A stretch of 64,000 nt of DNA from Euprymna scolopes. Taxonomy: Eukaryota. Shown one piece after another: positions 37,640 to 50,723 of the stretch. The notes under the pieces are model-generated. The model worked only from the letters and a program-made list of their open reading frames with translations. It searched no databases and was not told where the DNA came from. The stretch lies in assembly GCA_053919585.1 (NCBI GenBank), contig CM132786.1. One strand, 5' to 3'. Made by a program: the position numbers and the translations under genes. How positions within the stretch are numbered: the first letter of the stretch is position 1; every line of letters starts with the position of its first letter.

Positions 37640-37900
37640 TGACAAATCAGTAAGTCATATTTTATTCATAGTATTTGAATTGAGAAGGCTGAGAAAAGCA
37701 ATTCACGCAGGAAAAATATTAATAAAATATACCCTGGAGCCCACGTATTTGAATAATAATAGTATACACCATCGATTGAATGAAGTTCCATTTCGAAATT
37801 CCAAGCCATTTGTGGATACAACAGGCACCAGAAGAAGTTGAGAAGCCGTAGCGGAAAATGTCGTGACTGGAACAGCCAAAACAAAATTCCCAATTCGAAT
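37640..37900 (+). mobile_element. Possible degraded Tc1 transposase fragment
   Basis: SIHHRLNEVPFRNSKPFV followed, after a frameshift, by NRHQKKLR...KCRDW resembles TIRRRL.E.GL..RKPLL...HKKAR..WA.KH.DW. Confidence 0.35.
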
Positions 37901-38369
37901 AAATCACTCTCTAATAACAATCAACGGAACTTCCCAGACTTTTCCCAGAATCGGTTTTGGATATCATTATAAGCCGAACTGTGTCGACTGTATTTCAGAT
38001 AATTGGTAATTTTTGACACACGGTCAACAATATTATTAAATGAACATAATCACGGACACTAAATAAATAGAATCTGCTCAATTAGATAGCTGTAGATATT
38101 GATGGAAGGGGGTTGCTTTAATTGTGCCCTATTTACTTGTATATTAAAAGCAACAGTACATATTTATATAGAAAAAGTCAGACACATTCAATTTTAATGT
38201 GAGCAAAATCGTCTCGAAAACTGAAAAAAAAACTGACCCAGTCTAAAAGCAATTGTAATTTATTGACCGAAATCAGAAACAAAACAATAGGCATATTGTT
38301 GAATACAAAAAAAATGAACGACGTTTTTTTATATTTTATTTTACAAAGAGGACATCAATATAGGCCCGG

Positions 38370-38650
38370 AAGCCACTTGAGGTTAAGGATGATTTTGTGT
38401 ATGGTAGTCATTTGTATAGTAGCGAGATAATTGATTGTGGTGGAAGTTTGAAATAATTCGATAATTTACGAGGACGGTTCAATAAGAAATTGTTTACGTT
38501 GGACATAGTGACTGCAATATTGTAGTCGGCTGGAAAGCAGATTAGCGGAACGGAATTCCACAGGCGAACAGTACTAGGAAAAGAAGGTTTGTTAATGGAA
38601 TCCACGTTTAGATTCATGCATCGATAAAGAGCGAGGGAAATTATTGATAT
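38370..38650 (-). mobile_element. 3' end of a CR1/Jockey-type LINE
   Basis: ORF 38408: SFPSTVRLWNSVPLICFPADYNIAVTMSNVNNFL, homologous to the ORF at 22339. Confidence 0.7.
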
Positions 38651-39931
38651 TGATTTTGGCTAAACTAGTGTTAAGTTCGATATCAGAATTCGATTTTATA
38701 TTTACTGTCTACTTTAATCACTAGATCGTAGTTAATATACCTACATCATACAAGTGTGTGAAATCTTTTGCATGGTTGATTTTCGCTTTTGTAAAATGAT
38801 TAAAATTTGTGTTACCATGAACGATATTATTGAGCAGTGTGTAAAATAGTAGGCATATTTAACTCATAAAATATTAAATTAACACCGTTCGAAGAAAAAA
38901 AAGTAATAACCCTTATGGAATCTACCTTATTTCAGTGTGGCAGTTTCAACAGGTTATACCTAACAGTCTGATTATTAACGTCAAAAACTGACCAAATGTT
39001 GCACTTTTCAAACTGCTACGAACTCAAACCAAACGTTATCACAAATATCTCTCTCACAACCTCTAGAAGCTAGAGAATTCCTGACTTTCCTTACAGACAT
39101 ATCATCCATTATTTGTTAGGCTAAAAGTGATGAAAAATGTATAACGTTTAATTCGACAGTTTGAATCCCGTTAGGTGCATGTCGCGTGTTAATATTTGAA
39201 AAGGATAATTTTTAGTTGTTTGGCGACTGCTATGCGCAGTTAAGTTCATCATTAAATAAATCTGATGTGACGATTTCGACTAAATACACGTTAGTTCTTT
39301 CAAATATCACCCACTCAATAACGTAATCAATATTCAAATTAATATACAACAAAAAAGAATCGAGGGTATTTTGTCAACTATATAGAAACTCTTTATATCC
39401 ATGCTGTATCCAATGGAGTTGTTAGAGCCAGCAGCAAATAATGTTATCACGTGCGTACTATGGAGTAGACACTATCTCTGATTTACAGGTTTGTTCAGCC
39501 AATCACTGAAATCAAACGAGTAGTATAACATACTAATACTTTTTCAGTTGAGATCAGAAAATAGATGCGCGCGTTATAAGTCTGCTTAACTTATTGGAAG
39601 CAGAAGTACCATTAAAAGTCCCATATACTTTGGAAACTACTAAACACAGCCGCAGCGTATATATGCCCGTTGTTCAAAGGCATGCATACTTCATACACAC
39701 AAATGACGTCAGTTGAAACATACTAGTAGCGAATTTTAAACACTTCTTACATACAAGGACCATATCGTCTGAGGTCATCATGACTCATTGAATTTTGTTT
39801 TTGCTATGTTGAGGTATATCGAGTTTTAAATAAAGTTATTTTATATGAATTGATCATTATTCTCTTTGATAATATCGTACACCTAATAGACTTAACGAGA
39901 ATCGTGATAAAAGAATCCAATTTCAGATATA

Positions 39932-40855
39932 CAAGGTACATCCAATGAGTTTTCAGACAGGTTCGCATGGGCACTTTTATTGATAGTGCAGACATGGAAC
40001 CCTAGTCTATCTCGATGTAGTCTCCTTCGGCTGCAATGCACTTGTACCGTTCCAACAACCTCTGGAAAACCACAAGGAAGTTCTCTTGTGTAAGCGTGTC
40101 AATGCCCCTCGTCGCAGCTTCTTTTCTCCCTTCAAATGTCTCATAAGGACAGCCTCTAATGTTTTCCTTTAGCGTAGAGAATAACCAAGATCCAGGGAAC
40201 AAATTCTGAACAATAGAGAAGTTTAGAGCACTGTCTTTATAGCCATCTTGGTTAAATAATCTGATATTCGGGCCGCATTCTTGAGACAAACTTCGCGCAA
40301 ATCTTCCGAATCTTTAGTTTCTCGAAAATAATTGTATCCACAGTTCCCACACTAACATCTAACTATGCACATATCTATAGATACACGACAGTCATTATAT
40401 ATGACTTTTTTATTTGGTTAATTAACTTTAGTGTTCTGACATCCTTACTTCTTCCACACCTCTCATCATCCCTCGCAAACTTCCAGCCTCCCTTGAATCT
40501 ATTATGCCACTCAAAAACTGATGCTCGATTTATGAGATAGTCCAAAAGAAGTCTGAATCATTTTATACGTTTCTGTTGCATTTTTTCCAAGTTTAAAACA
40601 GAATTTCATTATATATCGTTTGACAAAGTACCCTCATGTCCAGATTGCATTGTTGAAATTCACCGGCTGTGACAAGAAGACTTTAATAAGGTGTATTTCT
40701 GTTCCTTCCGGTAGTAGCTGTTTATGTGAACATGAAATCATGAAAGATGGTCAGTCATTTCATAAGATGTGTAGCAATAATATACTGAATTTTCAAGTAT
40801 CTACCAATTTACACGCCTGCACATAAAAGTCTGGAACTTTATTGAATACTCCTTG
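39932..40855 (-). mobile_element. Internally deleted mariner element
   Basis: TA-flanked TIRs CAAGGTACATCCAATGAGTTTTCAGAC / GTCTGGAACTTTATTGAATACTCCTTG. Transposase C-terminus WLFSTLK...GCPYETFE..KEA.T..IDTLTQE.F...FQRLLERYKCIAAEGDYIE. Confidence 0.85.
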
Positions 40856-43800
40856 TACAAGTTTCAAATTGAGCTTTTTGCCGACTATTCTGTTCTTAAC
40901 ACGTCCGTGGTAGGTGCTCGTATCTTAGTTATTACCAACACTAACTAACAACCCGCGAATACCACGTTGGACTCCAGTTCCTTCGGTATTATTACTAACT
41001 TAAGACGTTAGAAACCGTCATGGTCTGTCTTGTGAGTACACGATGTCTTTCTAGAAAGAATTTGATCCAGCAAAATATCGAAAGAAAACTAGTGTCAGCA
41101 AAAGAACCGTGTATTCATAAATTATAGTCTATGATTCCTATGAACTATATAATCAGCCTTAATAAAATCGGGCTTCTATATATTTTAGCCTGCTATTTTT
41201 AATGTGAATCGCTCCAGACAATGCATGAAACCGCTTGATCTAAAACGAGAAATATCACTTCAAGATCAAAATGTAGCATACGATTTGCAATACATGAATA
41301 TATTTCGATCCAGGAAACAGCAATTCTAACCCCTAAAGGATGAAATACAGGAAGACGGAATAAGAAGGCGAAAATAAAGTCAACATCGAATTTCTATTCC
41401 TTTGTATTTGTTTAATAAACTACTTCGTGTTGTACACGTTTGATTTAGTACAAATAACAAGTGACCCTCAGATTAAGACATACTCGGTAATAAACTGTAC
41501 AACCTTTGCTGCAATTCAACCACATTTGACCCAAATAAATCTCTATAAATAAGTAATTGTTTTAAAACCATTTTATTCTAAAATAACATTTATTTTAGGT
41601 CATATCAGAGCCCAATAATAAGAAAAGTAATAAGTAACCAGATGTTTTTATCTACTTTTGGTTCTTGAAGCTACCATACACGATAATATGGCGATGTGTA
41701 TAGTACTTTACTTTATATGTTAAATACATGCGAATCTGTCAGTATGTTCTACACGTTTAGTTTTTGTGATAACTATCGCATCCTATTAAGTTGTTAAGCC
41801 AAAACGTAGCGTTGTATAACATAATTTTATCTTCAGTTGTTTTTAGTTTGGAACAGAGACAAATATGTTGATTTTTTTTATACGTGCAATTAGAATTATC
41901 TTATCTATCAACAGAACATTGTACCATGACATCATTTATGGAGATAAGGGAGATTACCCGTATAATGTTCATTAAATTATTCTGATCCTGCGGGTCGGTT
42001 ATTACTTTGTAGTGTCTATTGACAGGATGTGAAAAAAGCTCAAAGGTATTTTCGAATAACAGTTTCACGTCAAAATGTTTTGCCTTTTATTTTTCCGGGC
42101 ATATTGATGCTTACACACTAGAATTGTGATTGGCAGACATTAGAGTTTTGCTGCCTTTCTATTCATGTCCGTGTAAATGTTACTGTCTGAACAATGTTGT
42201 TCTGAAGCAATATTGCTAGAGAATTGTTATAGAAATGGTCGTTGCCGCCTACGTTTCTCTGTCCTTACTCTTATCACCTCAAATGTATAAGAAATAAGAG
42301 AAGTTGATTTGAAAAACATTTTTTAATTACTTATTTTCACAAAAAGTTTCAATTTTTCAAACATGTTTTCACTTTTGCGCAGTAGTAATTTTCATAAATG
42401 TTTACACTCTAATTAAAATATCTTATCTTTTTAAAATCGATGGGTTAGGGGGTTTATCACTAATTTGTCTTATTTCTAAATTCCCCTATCTCGCATATTA
42501 GACTTTATTATGCTGATGTTTCTAACTTTTAAATAGCAGCAATTTCAGAACATACAGCTAGTTTTAATTCGTTATAAGATAGAGCGCGGTGGCTGAATAC
42601 ATTTGACTTCAACGATCTCCACAAGAAAAAAAATCGCAGACGTTTAAATCCAGCGATTTTATTAACCAACAAATATCACCATCTGAAGGAATCAAATGAT
42701 TTGAGAACAAATTCTTTAAAAAATGAATTAATACGGATATAAATGAATTGTGAACTAATTAAAATAAAATGGCATTCTACATACATTAAAAATATTTTAT
42801 TTTTATTTATTTAATTGTTATTTAATTGTTTCTACCTACAAATGTGTCACATTTTGGGGCACGCTATATATATATATATTTTTTTTTTTGATTTATTATG
42901 CTAACATATATTGTAATCATGAACTAAATACCATTATTTATTGAAACGTGTTCAATACGCATATACAGGTTTTATAGAAACATTGCAAAGAGTATATGCG
43001 TATTGATCGATCCTTCAACATTTTCATTTCTGTAGGGACTCTACGTGAATATTTACTTAGAACATCTTTATATGAAATGTACAGAGTCGTGACCAAACCT
43101 GGATGTTAAAACGTTGATTGATCCGTGTAGACTAATTACAATGTTTATATAGAGTGTATGTTCATGATAGTGGTGATTCATTTGTAGTAAGTGAATTCGC
43201 CCACTACCATTAGCGACACTGCAAGGTTCACCATAAAAAGGAACCGAACACTCTCCAGTATCAATGCTTCCATAAATATAAAGTATTTCTCGTAAACGTA
43301 CTATAAGCTAGTGATTAAAAGCGACAGCTCTTGGAAAAAAGTGAAACTTCGAGTTCCAATCCTTGCTTGACACGCTCGTTTGTCTAGTCAGACTGACGAG
43401 GTGTAATATTGTAGTTTTGAATGACAGACCAAGACGTTTCGTCAAGTTAACACGAAATTGTTTTGTGGCTCAACAATATCTGGTTAGAGCTCCTAAATTA
43501 ACCTCATAGTAAATCATACGTATTCAGAAATAAGATTTCGTATTTATCTCCTAAACTTATTTACAAAAATGTTTCGGCCATTTTATGAAGCGTATTTTCA
43601 TGATATACATGAAAAATATTACTGATTTTACGGAAGACTTCATTAGTGCATAAAGCATCTCCAGTCAGACTAAAAAAAACTATCCACTTTTCTCACTTAT
43701 AACTTTTTATATATTGCTCTTATATATTCATATATGTTTATCATATTCACAATCTCTTGATTATAGCTTTGAGTTACAAGTTCTATAAATTACTAATGTT

Positions 43801-44731
43801 ATGTCAAATTCTATATATTATTTATGCAATACAAACATACCCACATAAGTTATTTTGTCAGAAGAACTAATGCTTTTTCAAATAATTCCACACAATTAAG
43901 AAATGTTTTAATATTTTAAACAGTGTTTTGTATTTCTCTAACAATTTTGTTTTTCTTCTCTTGATCCATTAAAAAAAAAAAATTTGAGAAATTTCTTTGG
44001 CACACTGGAGAAGACAGCATAATAGAACAATTTGTCAGTGTTTACGAATTTTATACAAAAAGATGCAAAAATACGTTTCTCGATTTTTTTTGCAATCGCT
44101 TGCCCATTACTATGTTGTTGTTTTTTTGTTAACTCGGAAATTAATCCAACAGAATTTTTTTTTATTATTTATATACAATATTAGAACTTGGGAAACGCTA
44201 TAAATACATCCAGTACACGAGGAATATAAGCAGACTATTAAAAAAAATCTTATTAATATAGAGAACAACCTTTTAATTTTCTTATGGGTATTCTACACGA
44301 TGCCAAACATTCTCGAATTAGTTACTGCAACCGAGAGATCTTTTTAAAATTCTAACCGTCCCTTTAAATGCAATTGTTTACATTTCTCTTGCACTTGGTT
44401 CATCGGGTATATTTGCTGGATAGTTTTTAAAATTCCTTTTCATTAGCCCGGTTGTTCCTATAATGACTGATATGATTGATATCGTAAGATTCCAGTTTTT
44501 TTTTTTCATGTCGTACATAAGTTACTTGGCATTTTGTTATTTTTTATTATGCTTTAATAGACTTTAATCCGTACATATTTGTTATTGTGGAGACACTCCT
44601 CTATCAATTATTATACATTCAACCTAATATATACGAGTAATAGTGAGATCAAAATCAATAAAAACATAACTGGGTGCCATCAGCTAGGTTCGAAACTAAA
44701 ACATACATATCTCCACTCATTTCTTAATCTG

Positions 44732-44783
<52 letters not shown>

Positions 44784-44829
44784 CGGCCTATATATATATA
44801 TAATCGGCCTATATATATATATATATATA

Positions 44830-45660
44830 TTGAAACAAGTCTTATTTAATATTAAAAAGCACAATTCTTCTCTTTCACTATTTTCTTTTTTACCTTCTCT
44901 ATTCTCCGTTGAATTGTTTGCTTGTTTGTGTGTGTGTGTGTGTTTCAAAATTGTTTAAGTAGGAACCATACAATTCTTTAGCGAGCACTTTCGATAGGAA
45001 TACTTCCATCATCCTCAGAGATATTGTGTTGTAAAAATTGTTTATATTTGTCACATCCACGTGTTGGCTTATTACGAGTTAGGTGGGCGGATATTTTTTT
45101 TCTTTTTTATGTATACATATTTAAAATTTTAAATCTACTACTCTAGCCATTTCAAAATATTTCGACTCTCCTCGTAATTAACATTTTATCTAAGGCTTTT
45201 TTTGTCTTAATATACAATGCTTCAAGTATTTTTTATTCCATTAAAATGATTTTCGTTTTGCAAAGCCTTAGTATTCTCTACCATGGTTCTTCGGAATTCA
45301 GAATGATGGCAGCCATGTTTTCCCAAATGCTGAGATATTGAACTAGAGTCAGAGAGGTGGAGAGTTAATCTTCGGGAAACATGGTTATAGTATAGCCTAT
45401 GTAGTTATTAGTATTAGAGATACACTTCTCTAATGGGCAGTTAGAAAAAAAAGCAATAGTGTTTACCAATCTAACAAGTAATTGGTCTGCAAAATCTTTT
45501 TGATTACGAGGTTAGTCGTGTGCAGTTTTTATAACGAATAATGAATTTTATTTATTTTTTTATGTATTCCCATCAAAAGCGCTAGCTAAATAAACTTATG
45601 GATCCAACCTAAACAATTAAAAAAATATTTCGGGATTGGAGAAGGTAAAAAAGAAAAATA
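44830..45660 (-). mobile_element. Penelope-like element 3' portion: GIY-YIG endonuclease remnant plus pLTR
   Basis: Minus strand reads F.NCPLEKCISNTNNYIGYT, LHLSDSSSISQHLGKHGC..SEFRRTMVENT and ILEALYIK, a Penelope GIY-YIG domain with its C/H motif. It is followed by a hammerhead-bearing terminal repeat. Confidence 0.8.
44981..45022 (-). ncRNA. Minimal hammerhead motif in the Penelope pLTR (stem I degenerate)
   Basis: Minus strand: CTGAGGA t gatggaa gta ttcctatc GAAA gtgc TC. Confidence 0.6.
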
Positions 45661-46289
45661 GTGAAACAGAAGGATCCCGCGCTTTTTAATAACACTTTTC
45701 TCAATATATATTAAACTGCCATTTCTTGAATCGCCTTATCTTCAAATTCAAGCACGCAAGCAAGTAAGGACGCCCGGACGGTCTACAGATATAGATTTAC
45801 AAAATTCGTACGTGTGTCCTACTAGGGATTGCACTAGATACAATTACATATTTACATCATCGAGGACGTCGTTATGCCGCCAATTTTATAGTGTACAAAA
45901 TACTCTAATAGGTATTACCATGCTAACTTTGGACCAAGTGAATGCAGAATATACAAAAAAAAAAACTTAACTTTCCTACAAAATTTGTTTGAAAAACACC
46001 GGAATAAAATGAAACAGTAACGGCCCATTGACTTTTCAGTAAATATTCTTCTAGACACACGTCTAATCATCTGTTCGTAGATCGGTACATCAATATCGTG
46101 GGAACACTTCTGGAAAGGCTGTACCATTCTGAGCACGATAACCAGCTCCCCGGTGTCAAACACGGTAGCACGATAAAAAAACAACTTTAAAGGTGGATAT
46201 GTTCTCGGCTTTAGCTGCTGATGCGGTTTTTTCTTTGATTTCTTGGTATCAACTTGCAGGACCGCTGTATTAAATATGCGGAAATCTTG

Positions 46290-46361
<72 letters not shown>

Positions 46362-47554
46362 ATTGCTTGTTTCTTAGTTAGGCCGTACCTTACAATTTGA
46401 AAAAATACTATTTGGGAGGCTAAACCACTTAAAATATAATAAAATCACACGTCACATTCTGGAAATTTAAATAAAAAAACAAAAAAAAAAAACACATCTG
46501 TCAACGCTGGACAAAAAATATGAGTTACTTCTCTTTGACGTAGCCTCGTTTTTGAATATTGTCAGTATATTGATATATGGCCATCGATATAATGGTGAGA
46601 GAAAGGAACTCGCGGAAATGTCGACATACAATGGTTCTTCCCCGAAGGAAGTTAGCTAAATCTTATGTTAAAAGTAAACATTAAAAAAAAATCAGGATTT
46701 AAAAAAAAAAACAGGAGAAAAATAGACATTGTCTGCGGAAGTGCTGAACTGAAAAAGTAAAATAACGATTGTCTCTCACTATGTGATTTTCGTATTATTT
46801 GAACTATATAGCACACTATTAGTTTATATTTGTTAGTACTCATTAACTTATATTTGGACCAGATCTATATTAAAAATAAAATGGACACTGTTTTTCGTAG
46901 AAATATTAATAAATTCTTATTTGCTGTGTGTTGTTATTTTCTACCCAAAACTACTTTTGTGCTACCCAGAAAAATATAAGCTTTATCAAAACATATTTTT
47001 GGATTAAATATATTTCTTATTCTATTGAATTTCCACAGGCTCTAGTAGTTATATTTTAACAATTGAAAGAACGTTTTAACTCAGGACCCATTACCGACAA
47101 AGTTAATCCGACTTTTTGGGATCCGTTTCTATGCTGTGTGGAGCTTCCAACTAGATTATAATTCTTCAGTCCTCGAAACGAAGGAAAGAGGTGGAACATT
47201 GAGAGTGGCATGCAGTCATATAAAAGACGAAGAGACTGAGATATTGTTATTTCGTAAGACTTACTTGATGAATTTATTAAGTATACTACGTTTTACCTTT
47301 TAGAAAAATTTTGGCTACGAGTCTAAATTAGCATCTGTCAGGTCAAGTTTGGTTAAAGCCTGAGTTATGACAATCTTTGAAGTCGAGAAGAAATTAGTTA
47401 TAGCACGTTAACATATTGTCTCCATTCAAGTAAAAGGCAAGTCGGGTATAAGGTCCCTAAGTATGTAGAGCTGAGGCTCACACAAAAGGGCTATTCATCA
47501 TTGTACTACGTATTACGCTTGCGCTTGAAATAGCATTTTTATCATATAAAAACA

Positions 47555-48055
47555 ATAGAGAGAGTGAGAGATATAAAGCTAGTGGCAGAGAGACTGAGAG
47601 ACAGTGCTTAGGACAGAGCAAGTGACAAAGAGAATTAAGGACAGAGCGAGAGAGAGAGGTATAGAGAGAGGTAGAGAGAGAGACAAAGAGAGACAGAAAG
47701 AGAGACAGAAAGATAGAGTAAGTGACAGTGAGAGAAAGGTAGTGAGATTTAGAGAGTAAGAGACGGAGAGAGACAGAGATAGCCACAGAGAGTGAGAGAC
47801 AGACACAGAGAGAGGGGGACACCGAAAAGTAACACGCAGAGAGAGGGGAGACAGCGCGAGAGAGAAACACGGTAATAGAGAGATACAAAGAGACACACAC
47901 AGATGGAATGAGATAGAGATAGGAAGTGAGAGACAGACACAGCTATAAACAGAGAGAGAGATAGAGATTTCAGAGAAATACACAAGCGGTTAGAACGACA
48001 CATACACGCAGAGAAAGAGAGAGAAAGAGAGGGAGAGGAAGAGAAACAGTGACAC
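47555..48055. repeat. AG-rich low-complexity / degenerate (GA)n-(GACA)n tract
   Basis: Purine-rich plus strand, which explains the SLSL-rich ORFs at 47478-48057. Confidence 0.9.
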
Positions 48056-48129
48056 AATAAGAAATAAATAGAAAAATAATGTATGAATCATGTCGATAAA
48101 ACGGTTTTAATCCGAATATGCTGACAATA

Positions 48130-48640
48130 TACAAACTACGTTCGAATAGTTCCTTTTATCCATTCCAACACACCAGCTTTTGATGGCATCCTATGCACTT
48201 TATAAAACGGGCGAAGGGTCGCAAATGAGCAATTTCATCTCAGATCACATTTCAGTTGCTGTGTACAATTCTTATTCATCTGTCGAAAAATTATTCGGCC
48301 GCGCGGAAGGTATTTCCCCCCATGACCATTGGTTAGCCAGGGAAACATTAAAACCAATGGCGTCCACAGCTATGAAGAAATCCGCTCATTTGGACATAAA
48401 CTTCTGCTCTGCCGAGGTGCCGTCTGATAACATGGACTTAAGTAGTGCTTTTACGTTGCACTTTGGCATCGAACGTGTTCAATAGACCAGCTATCGAGTG
48501 TGGCGTAAAGGAGGCGTTTGCAGTCGAGCGCGGTCATAGCCCGGAAACAAAATTTCCGTCACGTGAGAAATATCATTGGTGACGTCCGTCTGATCCATAC
48601 ATCACCCACGCAGGGGAGGCCTCCTTACGGCCCAACGAGC
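48130..48640 (-). mobile_element. Degraded hAT-superfamily (hATm-like) transposase fragment
   Basis: Minus-strand pieces GSDG, PPLRH, NFSTDE*ELY and DPSPVL*SA* occur in the order of remembered motifs GSDGT, NELPLRH, DLSTDQKYL and DPGP..HSRW. Confidence 0.4.
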
Positions 48641-48959
48641 AGCATAACTTCTTTTTATTTTTTTTGTGGCTCACGCCAAGAGGCAGTGATCCTAGGTCAT
48701 TTAATAAGTGTCCGAAGTTATTTTTGTACGTTCAGAATCTGTGACGCGAGTATAAAAGTAATCACTTCGATACAATGGACAAGCATCGACTGTGCTTTTG
48801 ACCAAGACAACCCGTCATATCTATTTGCAGCTATTTATAAATTCATTCGTCGGCTTAGTATTTTGTGTCTGAAAAATATTAAACAGAATACTGGTAAAAA
48901 AAAGTTACCATTCAAATAATATCAATAGAAGGTTTGTTTAAAGTAAAGTTGAGTATGTA

Positions 48960-49830
48960 CTAGCATTTCAGCCCGGCCTTGCTCGAGGGTTTGGAGGTGT
49001 ATATTGAGCCAAAAAAAAAGTGGTTGTAGGAAGGCAAGCTCGAACCCGTACCGTGAAGGAGGAAAAGAACGGGAAGAAAACGTAATGTCTCTGCTGTTAC
49101 GACCACCGTCAAATCGGGAGTGACGTAGGTTTTAATTAAGGCTAGACAATCGAAAAGAGGAGATGACATTCGAAAATATAGGCGAAAAAAGCGACTCCTC
49201 CTTGTAGAAAATTGCCGAGTTGAGGATGAAGAAATTAATGTTTTTAGCCAATTTTTCGGTATTTGTCGTCTAAAGGGTCGAGCTTTAAACGGTAATGATC
49301 TTATGAAAATCCGTCGCCTCTGTCGAAAGTTTTAAGCAGGCATGCAAATATACATACATAAATTTATATCTTGATAGCTCAAATTTTCGACCCAAACCGA
49401 TTAAAAATCTTGCCCTATGTCTGAATTCCCTTTATGTAAAATTCCAAATGTTTAGACCAGAAATTGTCTGAGTAATTTGGTAGAGACCGCAGAGGTAAAT
49501 ATTTTTAAACTTTGACCCCTGTTATGACCCCTTAACATTTATTGTTTTGGACCCAAATCAAGTTAAATTAGATCCATGTCCAAGGAACCTATATTTAAAA
49601 TTTCAATTGTTTATACCAACAATTGTCAGAGTTTGGTAGAGTTCTCAAAGGTCAAATCGTTGAACTCTGACCCCTTAACTGCCAAATTTCTGGCCAAAAA
49701 CTAGCTACAAGGATGTTCCCAAATCTCCATACTCCGTATATCAAATTTCGAGTCTATAGACTGAAAATTCGCAGAGTTATTGCGTAAGGAAATGTACACA
49801 AACACAGACACTTCAGTTTTATAATATAGA
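48960..49830 (-). mobile_element. Helitron-like element, family A (most complete copy)
   Basis: 5' TCTATATTATAAAA on the minus strand, a 3' hairpin cccggccttgctcgaggg + CTAG, and internal tandem subrepeats. Confidence 0.7.
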
Positions 49831-49945
49831 ATAGCAACACCTTAAGTATTGGAAAAATATAAGCACTGTTTAAATACCTATGTGCTATGTCGTTTTAAGA
49901 ATGCATTTTAATGATTTTCTACCAAAATTGTATATAAAATAATGC

Positions 49946-49989
<44 letters not shown>

Positions 49990-49991
<2 letters not shown>

Positions 49992-50433
49992 CAAGAATGA
50001 GATTCCAATAGAAACGTTGTTTTAATTTTAATAAAATTAAAAAAAGTGCGCTTGAAACCAAATCACAACGTAACAATAGGAAAATAAACATATTTTACGT
50101 GTTTGAAATTTATCACAAATATATTTCGGAGGTAGACTCCATCTTCAGTGTGTTGTTTTGTTTCTTTTTGTTTCTTTTCTTCTTCCTTGCTATGTCGTAA
50201 ATTAGGAGAAAGAAGTCTGTAGAGCCGCACGTGGTATCTGGCGGTTGTATTTTGAAATGTTTGAACTGTGCGTAGGTATTGCGAGAATAACGTCAAGATT
50301 GAGAGTTCAATAGAAACGTTATTTTAATTTGAATAAAATACGCATCATGTGCGCTTGAAACCAAATCACAACGTAATATTAGGAAAATAAAATATTTTAC
50401 TCTCATTTTTGACGTTATTCTCGTGTTACCTAC
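49990..50433 (-). mobile_element. Penelope pLTR / retrozyme-like unit (~300-bp period) with a short inverted extension
   Basis: ~100-bp direct repeats at ~50000-50100 and ~50300-50400 with a hammerhead between them. gtaggta..gcgagaataacgtcaa (50272-50296) is inverted at 50409-50433. The unit abuts (TA)n. Confidence 0.65.
50114..50152 (-). ncRNA. Minimal type I hammerhead ribozyme motif (intact)
   Basis: Minus strand: caca CTGAAGA t ggag tctac ctcc GAAA tata TT tgtg. Confidence 0.8.
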
Positions 50434-50651
50434 AATAGTAGTATAGGACGACTGCTAAATCACAACACTATTTGTTTAGCCAAGGCTTAGAGATTGCAAT
50501 ACCTGGTATCTTATGAAATATTGGGTTTTAAAGATGACGTTTTAACTATAAGTGTCGTCTTATACGCCGAAATATGTGGTCTTATAAAGCGTATTTGAGA
50601 GTAAAGAGTTGGATTCGCGTTTCTTTACAGCTAAACAAAATATGATAAAAT

Positions 50652-50723
50652 AAATAACATAGTTAAACAAAACATGATTAAATGAATAACATAGTTAAAC
50701 AAAACATGATAAAATGAATAACA
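50652..50723. repeat. ~31-bp tandem duplication
   Basis: aataacatagttaaacaaaacatgat.aaatg repeated about 2.3 times. Confidence 0.85.

Noticed and set aside
43300-43450. Second tRNA-head plus hammerhead element (GTTCCAATCC, CTGACGAG)
   Set aside because: No GAAA core or stems in the correct order, so it is too degraded to support.
47117-47175. Hammerhead-like motif on the minus strand (gga CTGAAGA...GAAAC GGA tcc)
   Set aside because: Stem II is poor and the NUH site is missing. At best a dead relic, so not counted.
47478-48057. Three overlapping Ser/Leu-rich ORFs
   Set aside because: Translations of a CT/GA low-complexity tract.
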